NCBI RefSeq assembly: GCF_000009705.1
Contig: NC_003272.1
Span: forward strand, 3,930,001 to 3,962,000
Length of the DNA: 32,000 nt
Origin: Nostoc sp. PCC 7120 = FACHB-418
GTDB lineage: Bacteria; Cyanobacteriota; Cyanobacteriia; Cyanobacteriales; Nostocaceae
Direction of reading: 5' to 3'
Shown: in pieces, positions 1 through 9,113 of the stretch
How the letters are laid out: every line of letters starts with the position of its first letter
Numbering within the stretch: the stretch's first letter is position 1
Position numbers and translations under genes: made by a program
Notes under the pieces: model-generated
Told to the model about the DNA's origin: nothing
What the model saw: the letters and a program-made list of their open reading frames with translations, nothing else
Databases searched by the model: none

Positions 1-653
1 CCTCTCAAGTCAGCTGCGGTTAAATTTGCCCGAAATAGGTACGCACCTCCTAGATGTGCTTGATGTAAATTAGCTTTGTAGAAGTTGGCTTTGTAAAGGT
101 AAGCTCCCATCACTTCGGCTTGATATAGATTTGCCTCGCTGAAATCAACCGCAATGAAATTAGCAGCGATAAGATTCGCAAAACAAAGGTTAGAGCGGAT
201 GAGTTTTGCTCCAGCCAAATCAGCATCTCTCAAATCAGCACTACTGAAATCGGTACCAATTAAGTTAGCCTCCGTCACAATAGCACCCCGGAGATTGGCT
301 CCACTAAAATCAGCACCAATGAAATGAGCATGGCTCAAATCTGCGTGTGTAAGTACGGATTGGCTCAAGTTAGCCACACTAAAATTAGCGGCACTCAAGT
401 TAGCTTCACTGAGTTTTGCGTGGTGGAGATTGGCGCTACTGAGGTCAGCACCACTGAGGTTAGCACGTATAAGCAGAGCGCGACTTAAGTCTACTCGGCT
501 TAAGTTAGCGCCTGCAAGATTTGCGCCTCTGAGGTTATTTTCTTGTAGGTTTGAGGTGCTGAGGTCTGGTTCAATTTGCGGATTTTTTTGTCTCCACTCA
601 ATCCATCTCACTGCACCTGCTCGTAATAAAGCTAGATGCTCTAGATTTGCCAT
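1..653 (-). CDS. Pentapeptide-repeat protein (start at 653; C-terminus runs off the left edge)
   Basis: Absent from the ORF track because it is edge-truncated. Hand translation of the reverse complement from ATG (comp. 651-653) gives MANLEHLALLRAGAVRWIEWRQKNPQIEPDLSTSNLQENNLRGANLAGANLSRVDLS..., continuing as unbroken A(D/N)LXX pentapeptide units to position 1. An AGGAGA Shine-Dalgarno sits in the 10-nt gap after the ccmP stop. Confidence 0.85.
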   Translation of the reverse strand, partial: MANLEHLALLRAGAVRWIEWRQKNPQIEPDLSTSNLQENNLRGANLAGANLSRVDLSRALLIRANLSGADLSSANLHHAKLSEANLSAANFSVANLSQSVLTHADLSHAHFIGADFSGANLRGAIVTEANLIGTDFSSADLRDADLAGAKLIRSNLCFANLIAANFIAVDFSEANLYQAEVMGAYLYKANFYKANLHQAHLGGAYLFRANLTAADLR

Positions 654-663
654 TGTCTCTCCT

Positions 664-1305
664 TTACTCCTGGCGACCACTATGGGAATTGCTCCGGCCA
701 GCAACGCTTTCTATGGCTGCTCTCGCTCCCGCCGCACCAGCGAGAATATCCCTTTCTTGCCCACCTAGATACAACCTGCCAAAGCTACCGACAGCTTGAA
801 CTTCTAGGATGTTAATTGAGGCTGCTTTCTCGGCTTCATTGGCTGCTAAAGCAGCATAAGCAGCAGGCTCAACTTCTAATACATATAGAGTTTGCCCGGC
901 TAGGAGTAGCTGTCCTCGTCGCGTCCGGTTAATCAATTGGGTTTGGTAAGCGTCTATATTCCTAATAATCTGGCTGGAAACAATTCGCGGTTTAATACAC
1001 TCTTCTCTTTTGACTCCTAGAGCCGCCAAAATCGCTTGACCAGCAGCTCGCGTTTCGCCTTGAGAGCCTGAATGTATTTCTAATAGACCGTACAATCTCT
1101 CAACTACTTGCACTCCAGGGCGGACAGAAGCAGCTTTGAGGGCTATGTCGGTAATTTTATTAATCTCGATACCAGGAGAAATTTCAATCCACAGTGATGT
1201 ATCTCCTGGTAATGGCAAGAAACCTTGGGCTACTGTTCCTATATAGGCCGCGTGTTGTGGTTGCAGGCTGTCGAGAAATACGAAACTGCGTAGTTCTATT
1301 CCCAA
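664..1305 (-). CDS. ccmP: Carboxysome shell protein CcmP (tandem BMC-domain protein)
   Basis: The 213-aa product [49 protein letters not shown]...[20 protein letters not shown]...[23 protein letters not shown] matches, from memory, the tandem-BMC CcmP of Synechococcus elongatus along its whole length. The start codon is TTG with GGAGAG upstream, and an in-frame stop lies 5 codons further up. Confidence 0.85.
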   Translation of the reverse strand: MGIELRSFVFLDSLQPQHAAYIGTVAQGFLPLPGDTSLWIEISPGIEINKITDIALKAASVRPGVQVVERLYGLLEIHSGSQGETRAAGQAILAALGVKREECIKPRIVSSQIIRNIDAYQTQLINRTRRGQLLLAGQTLYVLEVEPAAYAALAANEAEKAASINILEVQAVGSFGRLYLGGQERDILAGAAGARAAIESVAGRSNSHSGRQE

Positions 1306-1506
1306 GGTGATGCTCTCCAGTCATGAGGTTAAAGTAATATTTCGCAATATATGAATGTAACTTAAAACTACCATAAGGCTAGTACTACCTTTCAGCATCA
1401 TCCCAGGAATTACACCCATTAATTACTTTAAGTACTTGGTATTTTGATATTAATTCATCACAAAAGCTACAATAATATTAATATTAATTAATATTTAGCT
1501 GCGGCG

Positions 1507-2202
1507 ATGCTGAGACTGATTACTGACTTCGACGGCCCAATTATGGATGTTTCCGAAAGGTACTACCGTGTATACCTATTCTGTTTAGAGAAAACTCAAC
1601 ATCCAGGCCAGCCAGTACGGCAATTATCTAAAGCAGAATTTTGGCAGATGAAGCGTCAGCACCTTCCTGAAAAAGAAATTGCCCGAATTTCTGGTTTAGA
1701 TGAAGCACAAGCACAGGAATTTTCTCAATTGCGCCGTCAAACAGTGCATACAGAACCTTACTTTCAATATGACAGTCCTATCCCCGGCGCTTTAGACGTG
1801 TTGTTAAAGGTGCAACAATCTGGGGTGGATTTAGTTGTGATGACCATGCGTCGAGTTTGGGAACTGGACTATGCTTTCCAAAAATATGATTTAGGTCAAT
1901 TCTTCCCAGAAAATCGCTGTTATTGTCTCAGTAACGAATATGTGAAAACCCGCGACATTGATGATAAACCTTTGTTAATGCAAAGAGCTTTAGCCGAATT
2001 ACCACCAGCAGCTGATACTTGGATGGTGGGAGATACAGAAGCCGACATCACAGCAGCGAAAAAACATGGTGTTAAGGTGATTGCTGTAGAATCTGGTATC
2101 CGCGATCGCACTCGATTACAACAATATCACCCTGATTTAATCGTGCAGAATCTCAGTGCTGCTGTAGATATCATCTTAGAATCTTCGGTTGTGAAAATCT
2201 AA
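1507..2202 (+). CDS. HAD-superfamily hydrolase (phosphoglycolate-phosphatase-like)
   Basis: It has an N-terminal DFDGPIMD nucleophile motif (DxDG) and a C-terminal MVGDTEADITAAKKHGVKVIAV motif (HAD motif IV). At 231 aa it has a typical size for Gph-like phosphatases. Confidence 0.75.
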   Translation: MLRLITDFDGPIMDVSERYYRVYLFCLEKTQHPGQPVRQLSKAEFWQMKRQHLPEKEIARISGLDEAQAQEFSQLRRQTVHTEPYFQYDSPIPGALDVLLKVQQSGVDLVVMTMRRVWELDYAFQKYDLGQFFPENRCYCLSNEYVKTRDIDDKPLLMQRALAELPPAADTWMVGDTEADITAAKKHGVKVIAVESGIRDRTRLQQYHPDLIVQNLSAAVDIILESSVVKI

Positions 2203-2210
2203 ATTAAAAA

Positions 2211-2232
2211 CCCCTACCTATCCAGGAAGGGG
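2211..2232. terminator. Bidirectional intrinsic terminator between the convergent HAD and J-like genes
   Basis: CCCCTACC-tatcca-GGAAGGGG forms a hairpin with one mismatch. It is flanked by AAAAA on the left, so the minus strand reads stem-loop then TTTTTAATTT. Confidence 0.6.
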
Positions 2233-2280
2233 TCAGATTTGGAAATATTTGGGTTGTTTTTCTTGCAAATCTGAACCGAG

Positions 2281-2907
2281 TTAGCGTAGAAAACTGCTAA
2301 TCAACCACAATAATATAAAAGTCAGTACCGTTGAAAACTGATTTGCAGTGAAGCTGATAGCGGGTATTTGCGGCAATAGTAAACCAGCAATCAGTCCACC
2401 AGTAATTAAGCCTATAATCAGACCTACAAGAGTGAACAAAACTGCTCTACCAAATCGGCCTTCTTTACGATTGAGAAAGAAAATACTAGTTCCTACCCCA
2501 ATTACCAACGCCAACTGCAAAACTTGATCGCCTGCTGCTGGATAAAAAACACTAATAGCACTCAAACCCAAAAACCAAACCCCTGGCAAAAGCACATCTG
2601 TCCCTGAAGGCTGATCTAATATTTTTTGCAGCCATACAGGGGACTGCTCGCGGGGTGTTAAGTTTTCTTTAGGAGGCGATTGCACTCTTAACTCTGGAAA
2701 GCGGATACGTTCAGGAACCTTGATTTTACCTTCTTGGCGCATCCTCAAACGATCCATTAAAATCGCATCGTAGGCAGCCTCAATGATTTCTACACTCTTG
2801 CTATCGCCACTATATTGTTCAAATAGGCGATTGCGAGCGTCCTGAATCTCATCAAAGCTAGCATCTTCTGATACCCCAAGTTTTTCGTAGGGACTTTGAT
2901 CGCTCAT
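2281..2907 (-). CDS. J-like-domain membrane protein (DUF3353 / CPP1-CDF1-like)
   Basis: The N-terminus SPYEKLGVSEDASFDEIQDARNRLFEQY resembles a DnaJ J-domain but lacks the HPD tripeptide. The C-terminal half has 3-4 hydrophobic helices (VLLPGVWFLGLSAISVFY..., AVLFTLVGLIIGLITGGLIAGLLL). This architecture is that of cyanobacterial/plant CPP1 homologues. Confidence 0.6.
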   Translation of the reverse strand: MSDQSPYEKLGVSEDASFDEIQDARNRLFEQYSGDSKSVEIIEAAYDAILMDRLRMRQEGKIKVPERIRFPELRVQSPPKENLTPREQSPVWLQKILDQPSGTDVLLPGVWFLGLSAISVFYPAAGDQVLQLALVIGVGTSIFFLNRKEGRFGRAVLFTLVGLIIGLITGGLIAGLLLPQIPAISFTANQFSTVLTFILLWLISSFLR

Positions 2908-3560
2908 GGGAGTTTATAATTCAGCCTTAGTCAGGGGCAGTCTTTGATCGAAGGAAACAATTTTAGGTTTTATTTTGATCGAAAACAAAAGTATCGACCG
3001 TATTTTATGCCCTACCAGGATATTAGCACGGGTTAGTTAGATTAACCCGTAAATTTTAACTATAGTAACTTTAACATATTGCCATAACTCCGTGTATCCC
3101 CTCATGTCGTTGATCGATTCTGGCTCTACTCTAGAATTTGAGCTAGGGATACCTAAGAGCTATTTTTATGAAAAAAATACCTTTTATTTTTCAGATTTGG
3201 CAATTTACAGTTCCCTAAAGGCGTTTTCATGATTGAGCCACTAGATTCAGTAGTAGTATCAATCCAGATAAAGATTTAAAATTGAAAAGTTTTAAATTTC
3301 CACTAAACTTGAAAACACACTGCTGTGGCTAAAACCCAAGGATGACGCAACATCAAAGTTGAGAATAAAAGTCATTCCCTACAAATCCAGGGATTACTAC
3401 TAGACTCATCCTGATGTCGTTATACTGCAATGTGATTACATTGTTATGTGGATCATCAGGAAATTCAATCCTGAGTTTTGTAGTTTCTTAAATATTCCCA
3501 AGTAGAAACTGCGTTTTTACGCCATACTGCTGTTAATCTTATTAATTTTTGTGCAAAGTG

Positions 3561-4283
3561 ATGGTCATGGCTCCTGCCAAGATTCTTGTAGTTGATGACG
3601 ACCCTGCGGTTCGGAATTTAATCCAACGCTTTTTGATAAAGCAAAACTATCAGGTGGAGGCTGCCGAAGATGGTAAGACAGCCTTATCTCTATTTGAGCA
3701 ATTTAACCCAGATTTGGTAATTTTGGATATCAACTTACCAGATGTCATTGGGTTTAACCTCTGCCAAGAGATGCAAAGTCGTAATGGTGTTTTTGTTCTG
3801 ATGCTCACTAGCCGTGCGGACGAAGCTGACAAGATTCGCGGCTTTGCTAAGGGTGCTGATGACTACCTCACCAAACCCTTTGGTCTAGGAGAACTAGAAG
3901 TCAGAGTCGGAGCTATTTTAAGAAGACAGCGCGTTGTCACCACCGCAGAACAGAAACGGTTAACATTTGAAAAACTGATGATTGACCCTGTACGGCGAGA
4001 GGTGACACTTAACAGCCAAGCTGTACCCTTAACTGCTCTAGAATTTGATCTGTTACATTTCTTAGCCAGCCATCCTGGCCGAGTGTGGCGACGCGCCGAA
4101 CTAATTCAAGAGGTCTGGGACTACGAATATGTAGGCGACCAGCGAGTTGTAGACGTACATATCGGTCAAATTCGCAAAAAGATCGAAGTGGACGCTAGCC
4201 AACCAGCATTGATTCAGACTGTGCGCGGGGTAGGGTATAAATTTGAATGTCCCACTCACTCCCAAGTAGAAACCAATGCTTGA
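3561..4283 (+). CDS. OmpR/PhoB-family response regulator (receiver plus winged-helix DNA-binding domain)
   Basis: KILVVDDDPAVRNLI...DLVILDINLPD...KPF is a receiver domain. The C-terminal LTALEFDLLHFLASHPGRVWRRAELIQEVW...VDVHIGQIRKKIE...IQTVRGVGYKF is a trans_reg_C winged helix. The track starts at TTG 3549, but I prefer ATG 3561 or 3567. Confidence 0.88.
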   Translation: MVMAPAKILVVDDDPAVRNLIQRFLIKQNYQVEAAEDGKTALSLFEQFNPDLVILDINLPDVIGFNLCQEMQSRNGVFVLMLTSRADEADKIRGFAKGADDYLTKPFGLGELEVRVGAILRRQRVVTTAEQKRLTFEKLMIDPVRREVTLNSQAVPLTALEFDLLHFLASHPGRVWRRAELIQEVWDYEYVGDQRVVDVHIGQIRKKIEVDASQPALIQTVRGVGYKFECPTHSQVETNA

Positions 4284-4577
4284 ATGTGTGGTTCATAGTC
4301 TAGGTTTAAATAATTATTTTTACACTTAGACTAGATAATTTCTGCCTATAGTTAAAAACTAGATTAATCAAATCGCTCAAAGACGTGCAATGAAGTCAGT
4401 ATATGAGCGATATTTTCATGTCAATAACCAGAAGTTTATTTAAATAGAAAAATTCTCATGGACACGATATAGCGTATCCATGATAGGACTAAGTAAGATA
4501 TAGTACCGTGCGTACCAGCACTTGAGAATGTCTGGTACATTAGCTGTTTGTGGCAAATCGGTACGAGACATTTCTAC

Positions 4578-4775
4578 TTAGCAGTGATGAAATAAAGTTT
4601 CTAAGTAAACACGAGCAGCACGGCGATCGCTATCTCCGTTTTGTAGTAAAAACAATGACAGTGCTGCCGTTAAGACACGATTTTGATCCCAATCAGGATG
4701 TGTTTCTAAGTAATTTTTCAGAGAATCATGGAGAGTTTCAGGGATTTCTGTAAAAATACTAACTGTCGAGTTCAT
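4578..4775 (-). CDS. Small conserved cyanobacterial protein (DUF2811-like)
   Basis: The 65-aa product contains IPETLHDSLKNYLETHPDWDQNRVLTAALSLFLLQNG, which I recall as the DUF2811 signature. The family assignment is from memory only. Confidence 0.5.
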   Translation of the reverse strand: MNSTVSIFTEIPETLHDSLKNYLETHPDWDQNRVLTAALSLFLLQNGDSDRRAARVYLETLFHHC

Positions 4776-5112
4776 AACATTTTCCTTCTTTGAGGTCAGT
4801 CAAGGGAATAGATTGCTTGTAGTTAGCTAGTTGCAGATAACCATCCGACAGACATCGATTTTTGGTTTTAATGTCAACGGTTGAACAAACTACAAACCCA
4901 GGTCGAATCATTGTGCGATATGAGGGGGTGGGTTTGTCAATGCTGCGAAATGTTAAAAACGGTTGTATAAAAAACAGACCTGGACGCAACAATCAGGATC
5001 AAAAGTCGATTTTTGTTACATTACGTAATGAAAACTCAGTCCTTACCAATTATTAAACACGTAAATTAAAAATCCCCAGTAAGACAGCAACAGCCTATTT
5101 CCTCGTAGACCA

Positions 5113-5156
5113 TCTGTGGAAAACTATGAAAATCCCTGTGGAAATCCTGTGGAATC
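5113..5156. repeat. Tandem 11-bp repeat x4 (consensus CCTGTGGAAAT)
   Basis: The array reads tctgtggaaaa / ctatgaaaatc / cctgtggaaat / cctgtggaatc. The CTGTGGAA core starts at 5114, 5136 and 5147 (spacing 22 and 11 nt), with a degenerate copy at 5124. Confidence 0.7.
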
Positions 5157-5502
5157 AGTGAGGAAAATTTCACCGAATGATAAGAATTACAAAAACATAA
5201 TCTTTTGATAACAATTCATCCCATAAAAATCGCGTCACCGTCCCAGTTATCTTCGATACATCCCCAGATTTGGGTTTTAGCGATCGCCAGATGTCCCTCA
5301 GAAGTTGGTTCAGGCTTTACTATGTCTTACACCCCCATCTTTTTGTTAACCAGATGGGTCTATATTTGCCATAGCAGGCGTTTCTATTCATTTCCCCATT
5401 AAATCCCTTTTCTGGACTTGCTGGTTCCTTGATTGCTCCCCCTACCTCAATTATGTTTGAGGGAATAGGGAGTAGAAAAGTTAATTTTCATTCTTCCTCA
5501 TC

Positions 5503-5530
5503 TCCCAATCCCCAGTCCCCAGTCCCTAAC
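5503..5530. repeat. STRR1-type heptamer array (CCCCA[A/G]T)
   Basis: TCCCAAT CCCCAGT CCCCAGT CCCTAAC are four consecutive heptamers overlapping the hisIE stop codon (comp. 5526-5528). STRR heptamers are characteristic of heterocystous cyanobacteria. Confidence 0.7.
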
Positions 5531-6176
5531 GCCTGCGTTCTTGCAACTTCCGATAAACTGCCTTTATATCTACTTGATGGTGAGCCAAAGCCACCAAAGT
5601 GTGGTATAGCAAATCTGCCACCTCACCAGCGATCGCCTCTTGGTCGTCATCCTTACAAGCCATGACGACTTCAGCCGATTCCTCACCAATCTTCTTTAAA
5701 ATCTTATTATCGCCACCTGCAAACAACTTGCTGGTATAGGAACTTTCTGTAGGGTGATTCCGGCGATCGCAAATCACCTGAAATACCTGGGATAATGTAT
5801 CCCCTGGTGGCGCCACGATTTTCCCTTCCACCTGATGAAAACAACTGCGTTCGCCAGTATGGCAAGCAATATCTCCAATCTGCTCCACCCCTACTAACAG
5901 TGCATCACTGTCACAGTCATAACGTATGCTTTGTACCTTTTGGGTATGGCCAGAAGTTCCGCCCTTATGCCAGAATTCCTGTCGGGAACGACTCCAAAAC
6001 CAAGTTTCCCCTGTATCTAAAGTCTTTTGTAAAGACTCCCGATTCATCCACGCCATCATTAGGACTGTGCCATCCAAATAATCTTGCACAATTGCTGGCA
6101 CTAAACCCCGTTCATCGTAGCGGATTTCTTCGACGGGGATAACATTTTGTGGTGAGAGTGAATCGATGAAGGACAT
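5526..6176 (-). CDS. hisIE: Bifunctional phosphoribosyl-AMP cyclohydrolase / phosphoribosyl-ATP pyrophosphatase
   Basis: The HisI part is GLVPAIVQD...[12 protein letters not shown]...[22 protein letters not shown]...DCDSDALL...[10 protein letters not shown]. The HisE part is [23 protein letters not shown]...[13 protein letters not shown]. Confidence 0.95.
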   Translation of the reverse strand: MSFIDSLSPQNVIPVEEIRYDERGLVPAIVQDYLDGTVLMMAWMNRESLQKTLDTGETWFWSRSRQEFWHKGGTSGHTQKVQSIRYDCDSDALLVGVEQIGDIACHTGERSCFHQVEGKIVAPPGDTLSQVFQVICDRRNHPTESSYTSKLFAGGDNKILKKIGEESAEVVMACKDDDQEAIAGEVADLLYHTLVALAHHQVDIKAVYRKLQERRR

Positions 6177-6263
6177 ACCAGCTAAATTTAATGAGAATGA
6201 TTCATAGTTTCACGATACCATTCTGTATAGAGCAGCTGGCATGATTTTTTCGAGTAAAATTTT

Positions 6264-6458
6264 TCATCCTTGTAAAACAACAGTCCTATCCATAGCCGAC
6301 TGCATCCTGACAGCGCTTGAAGCAACATGATGGGCTTTTGAAACTTCCCCATACCAATGGATTGCCGAGTTAAAAGCTGCCCGATAAAGGTCTTGATGAG
6401 ACTGCGATAGTTGAGCGCGGACTTCTAAAGGCAAGTCTTCGTTGGACTTGTATAACAT
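6264..6458 (-). CDS. ChaB-family small protein
   Basis: MLYKSNEDLPLEVRAQLSQSHQDLYRAAFNSA parallels E. coli ChaB MPYKTKSDLPESVKHVLPSHAQDIYKEAFNSA (from memory). Confidence 0.6.
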   Translation of the reverse strand: MLYKSNEDLPLEVRAQLSQSHQDLYRAAFNSAIHWYGEVSKAHHVASSAVRMQSAMDRTVVLQG

Positions 6459-6566
6459 ATTGTTATTTTTTTGGTTCTGCTTATTTTATACGATAGAAGT
6501 TCTAGGCGATTTTTAACCCTATCCTGAGATAGAGCTTTTTTTGTTGCCCATTGTTAGGAGAGACCC

Positions 6567-7865
6567 TTGGTAAATACCACTATTAAAACCACAAAATCAC
6601 AAGAAATCTTCGCCGCCGCCCAAAACCTGATGCCAGGTGGTGTTAGTTCCCCTGTGCGCGCTTTTAAATCTGTAGGGGGGCAACCCATTGTATTTGATCA
6701 TGTAAAGGGTGCATACATCTGGGATGTAGATGGCAACCAATACATTGACTATGTAGGCACTTGGGGGCCTGCTATTTGCGGTCATGCTCATCCAGATGTC
6801 ATCGGGGCGTTGCATGATGCTTTAGAAAAAGGTACTAGTTTCGGTGCGCCTTCATTCTTGGAAAATGTTTTGGCGGAAATGGTCATCGCTGCTGTTCCCA
6901 GCATCGAAATGGTAAGATTCGTCAACTCAGGGACAGAAGCTTGTATGGCTGTATTACGGCTTATGCGGGCTTTCACTAACCGGGAGAAAGTCATCAAGTT
7001 TGAAGGCTGTTACCACGGACACGCCGATATGTTCCTGGTCAAAGCCGGCTCTGGTGTAGCCACACTAGGTTTACCCGATTCCCCAGGTGTGCCAAAATCT
7101 GCAACCAGCAGCACTCTCACAGCCCCATACAATGACCTCGAAGCTGTGAAGGCTTTATTTGAGGAAAACCGCGATCAAATCGCTGGTGTCATTCTCGAAC
7201 CAGTTGTTGGGAATGCTGGGTTTATTACTCCTGATGCCGGCTTTTTGGAAGGACTGCGGGAACTAACTCACGAACATGGAGCTTTACTCGTGTTTGATGA
7301 AGTGATGACCGGTTTCCGTATTGCTTATGGTGGCGCTCAAGAAAAGTTTGGCGTTACACCCGATTTGACGACTTTAGGCAAAGTTATCGGTGGTGGTTTG
7401 CCAGTAGGAGCCTATGGTGGTCGTCGGGATATTATGTCCATGATTGCGCCTGCGGGGCCTGTATATCAAGCAGGAACGCTTTCTGGTAATCCTTTAGCAA
7501 TGACAGCCGGAATTAAAACTCTGGAGTTATTACAAAAGCCCGGTGCTTATGAGTATCTAGAGCGAATTACTAAGAAGTTAGCCGATGGGTTACTACAAGT
7601 TGCCCTGGAAACAGGTCATGCAGCTTGCGGTGGTCATATTAGCGCCATGTTTGGCTTATTCTTCACCTCTGGCCCTGTGCATAACTATGAAGATGCCAAA
7701 AATTCTGACACAGCTAAATTTGGACGCTTCCATCGCGGTATGTTGGAGAGGGGTGTTTACTTAGCACCTTCCCAATTTGAGGCTGGTTTTACCTCTTTAG
7801 CTCACACTGACGAAGATATTGACCAGACAATTGCGATCGCCCGCGAAGTTCTATCTAGTATCTAA
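6567..7865 (+). CDS. hemL: Glutamate-1-semialdehyde 2,1-aminomutase
   Basis: There is near-identity by eye to cyanobacterial HemL: [34 protein letters not shown]...[18 protein letters not shown]...[18 protein letters not shown]...[19 protein letters not shown]. The gene starts at a TTG codon. Confidence 0.97.
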   Translation: MVNTTIKTTKSQEIFAAAQNLMPGGVSSPVRAFKSVGGQPIVFDHVKGAYIWDVDGNQYIDYVGTWGPAICGHAHPDVIGALHDALEKGTSFGAPSFLENVLAEMVIAAVPSIEMVRFVNSGTEACMAVLRLMRAFTNREKVIKFEGCYHGHADMFLVKAGSGVATLGLPDSPGVPKSATSSTLTAPYNDLEAVKALFEENRDQIAGVILEPVVGNAGFITPDAGFLEGLRELTHEHGALLVFDEVMTGFRIAYGGAQEKFGVTPDLTTLGKVIGGGLPVGAYGGRRDIMSMIAPAGPVYQAGTLSGNPLAMTAGIKTLELLQKPGAYEYLERITKKLADGLLQVALETGHAACGGHISAMFGLFFTSGPVHNYEDAKNSDTAKFGRFHRGMLERGVYLAPSQFEAGFTSLAHTDEDIDQTIAIAREVLSSI

Positions 7866-7876
7866 ATACTAAGTGC

Positions 7877-7906
7877 GGAGGGCTGAGTTATTATACTCAG
7901 CCCTCC
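7877..7906. terminator. Bidirectional intrinsic terminator between the convergent hemL and smtA genes
   Basis: GGAGGGCTGAGT-tattat-ACTCAGCCCTCC is a perfect 12-bp stem. It lies 11 nt after the hemL stop and 14 nt after the smtA stop. Confidence 0.7.
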
Positions 7907-7920
7907 AAAATCAGAACTTT

Positions 7921-8082
7921 TTAACAGCCACAGCCATTATGGTTACAGCCTTTTATAGTTTTGTGACCTTCGGCACAGCCTTCAGAACAATAGTATTTAC
8001 CCTCTTTGTTGATGGCATCTTCTACGGAAATGATGCACAAGCAACTCGGACAGGCACATTTCATTTGAGTTACGGTTGTCAT
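7921..8082 (-). CDS. smtA: Bacterial metallothionein (SmtA/BmtA family)
   Basis: MTTVTQMKCACPSCLCIISVEDAINKEGKYYCSEGCAEGHKTIKGCNHNGCGC aligns Cys-for-Cys with Synechococcus SmtA (..VKCACEPCLC....AI..NG.YYCSEACA.GH...KGC.H.GC.C). GGAGG lies 9 nt upstream of this ATG. The track ORF begins 7 codons further up (8103). Confidence 0.9.
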   Translation of the reverse strand: MTTVTQMKCACPSCLCIISVEDAINKEGKYYCSEGCAEGHKTIKGCNHNGCGC

Positions 8083-8118
8083 AATTATTTCCTCCGTTTT
8101 CACTTGTGATTACACTAC

Positions 8119-8144
8119 AATACCTGAACAGATGTTCAAGTATT
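8119..8144. promoter_or_regulatory. 12-2-12 inverted repeat of the ArsR/SmtB-family operator type, upstream of smtA
   Basis: The site is AATACCTGAACA-GA-TGTTCAAGTATT. The reverse complement of the right arm is AATACTTGAACA, giving 11/12 symmetry. It matches the published aATAxxTGAACA-xx-TGTTCAxxTATt consensus for SmtB-type repressors and lies 37-62 nt upstream of the smtA ATG. Confidence 0.7.
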
Positions 8145-8199
8145 GCTTAATAAAATGTAACAATTAGGTTATATAATACGTTTGGCTACTCTCAGAAAT

Positions 8200-8685
8200 T
8201 CAAAGAGTCGGCACAACTTCCATTATGGGAGACTCTAAACTATAGCTCTTACCACTAAATTCATAGGTGAATACAGCTTTGACTTTTTTTGCACCACTAA
8301 AGCCTTGAGCATTAGTTAAATAAAAGCCTTGTTCAAAAATTTGTAATCCAGCCAAATTAAATGGTTGTACTACCTGAGAAATCAAAACTTTATTATTATC
8401 TGCTTGTTTAAGTTCGACTTTCTGCGCGTTGATATTTAGATGATTGAGAGTCAAATTCTCTAGTCTCAACCTGACAACAGCGTGACCAACTGGGTAATTT
8501 TTTACGGCACCAGGAGGTGGTATCAATGTTTCATATACTTCTAAAAGATTAACGTTCAAACTGAGAGCAGGTTTTTGGGTATTTTGTACCATAATTGTTG
8601 TTTGGATGGGTGATTCAGTGGTGGGCAAAGACATCAGTGTAATAGAGGCTATCAAGAAAAGATAATCAAACACCCTAACCTCCAT
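8200..8685 (-). CDS. Hypothetical secreted or membrane-anchored protein
   Basis: It has an ATG start, an N-terminal hydrophobic segment (YLFLIASITLMSL) and a beta-rich remainder. I recognise no motif. It lies directly upstream of smtA and is co-oriented with it. Confidence 0.5.
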   Translation of the reverse strand: MEVRVFDYLFLIASITLMSLPTTESPIQTTIMVQNTQKPALSLNVNLLEVYETLIPPPGAVKNYPVGHAVVRLRLENLTLNHLNINAQKVELKQADNNKVLISQVVQPFNLAGLQIFEQGFYLTNAQGFSGAKKVKAVFTYEFSGKSYSLESPIMEVVPTL

Positions 8686-9113
8686 CTTTGTTTATGGCTA
8701 TTTTTTGAATTTTTAGTATAGCTTGCTACACCAATTTCCACCGCAGCAAAGGCACTAATGGCTCAAAGATATATCTCTAGTTAGTATTACTGATCTATCC
8801 ATATTATTGAAAATAATCTTGAGTATAATAACTGAAAAAAATAAGTTTTAAACTACAGTTATGTAGAAAAAATAGCAATCTCCATTCGTGAAAAGTTCCA
8901 CAAGAAAATATTTAGACTCGACACTATTTGTTAGTATAAGTATAATAAATCATTCAATGATGAGAATCGCTTTACGTAACCCAGGTACAACTTTAGGAAT
9001 TCTTTAAAGGAGTTCCAGCAAAAATTACCTAGTAAGAGTTGATGTTATATCTCAATAATTGAAACAGAGCATAACGCTTTCTATTATTTATTCGTGCAGC
9101 GAGTTGACAGTGC

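Noticed and set aside
430-768. 112-aa plus-strand ORF (MALLRSAPLRLARISRARLK...)
   Set aside because: It is antisense to the pentapeptide-repeat gene and to the ccmP 3' end. Its periodic Leu/Arg/Ala composition is the mirror image of the A(D/N)LXX repeats, so it is an artefact.
4503-4515. GTA-N7-TAC (gtaccgtgcgtac); a second one lies at 8976-8988 (gtaacccaggtac). Both are possible NtcA sites.
   Set aside because: NtcA sites are GTA-N8-TAC, and both candidates have a 7-nt spacer. I found no correctly spaced site in the intergenic regions I scanned.
4759-5056. Overlapping ORFs 4759..4992 (-) and 4862..5056 (+)
   Set aside because: The minus-strand ORF starts at TTG. The two ORFs exclude each other, I recognise no motifs in either, and neither is preceded by an obvious SD. 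I cannot support either as a gene. The region is treated as non-coding in the 4776-5525 finding.
5205-5665. ORFs 5205..5402 (+) and 5429..5665 (+)
   Set aside because: The second overlaps hisIE antisense and the STRR array (its [10 protein letters not shown] stretch is simply the translated heptamers). The first has no features of a real protein.
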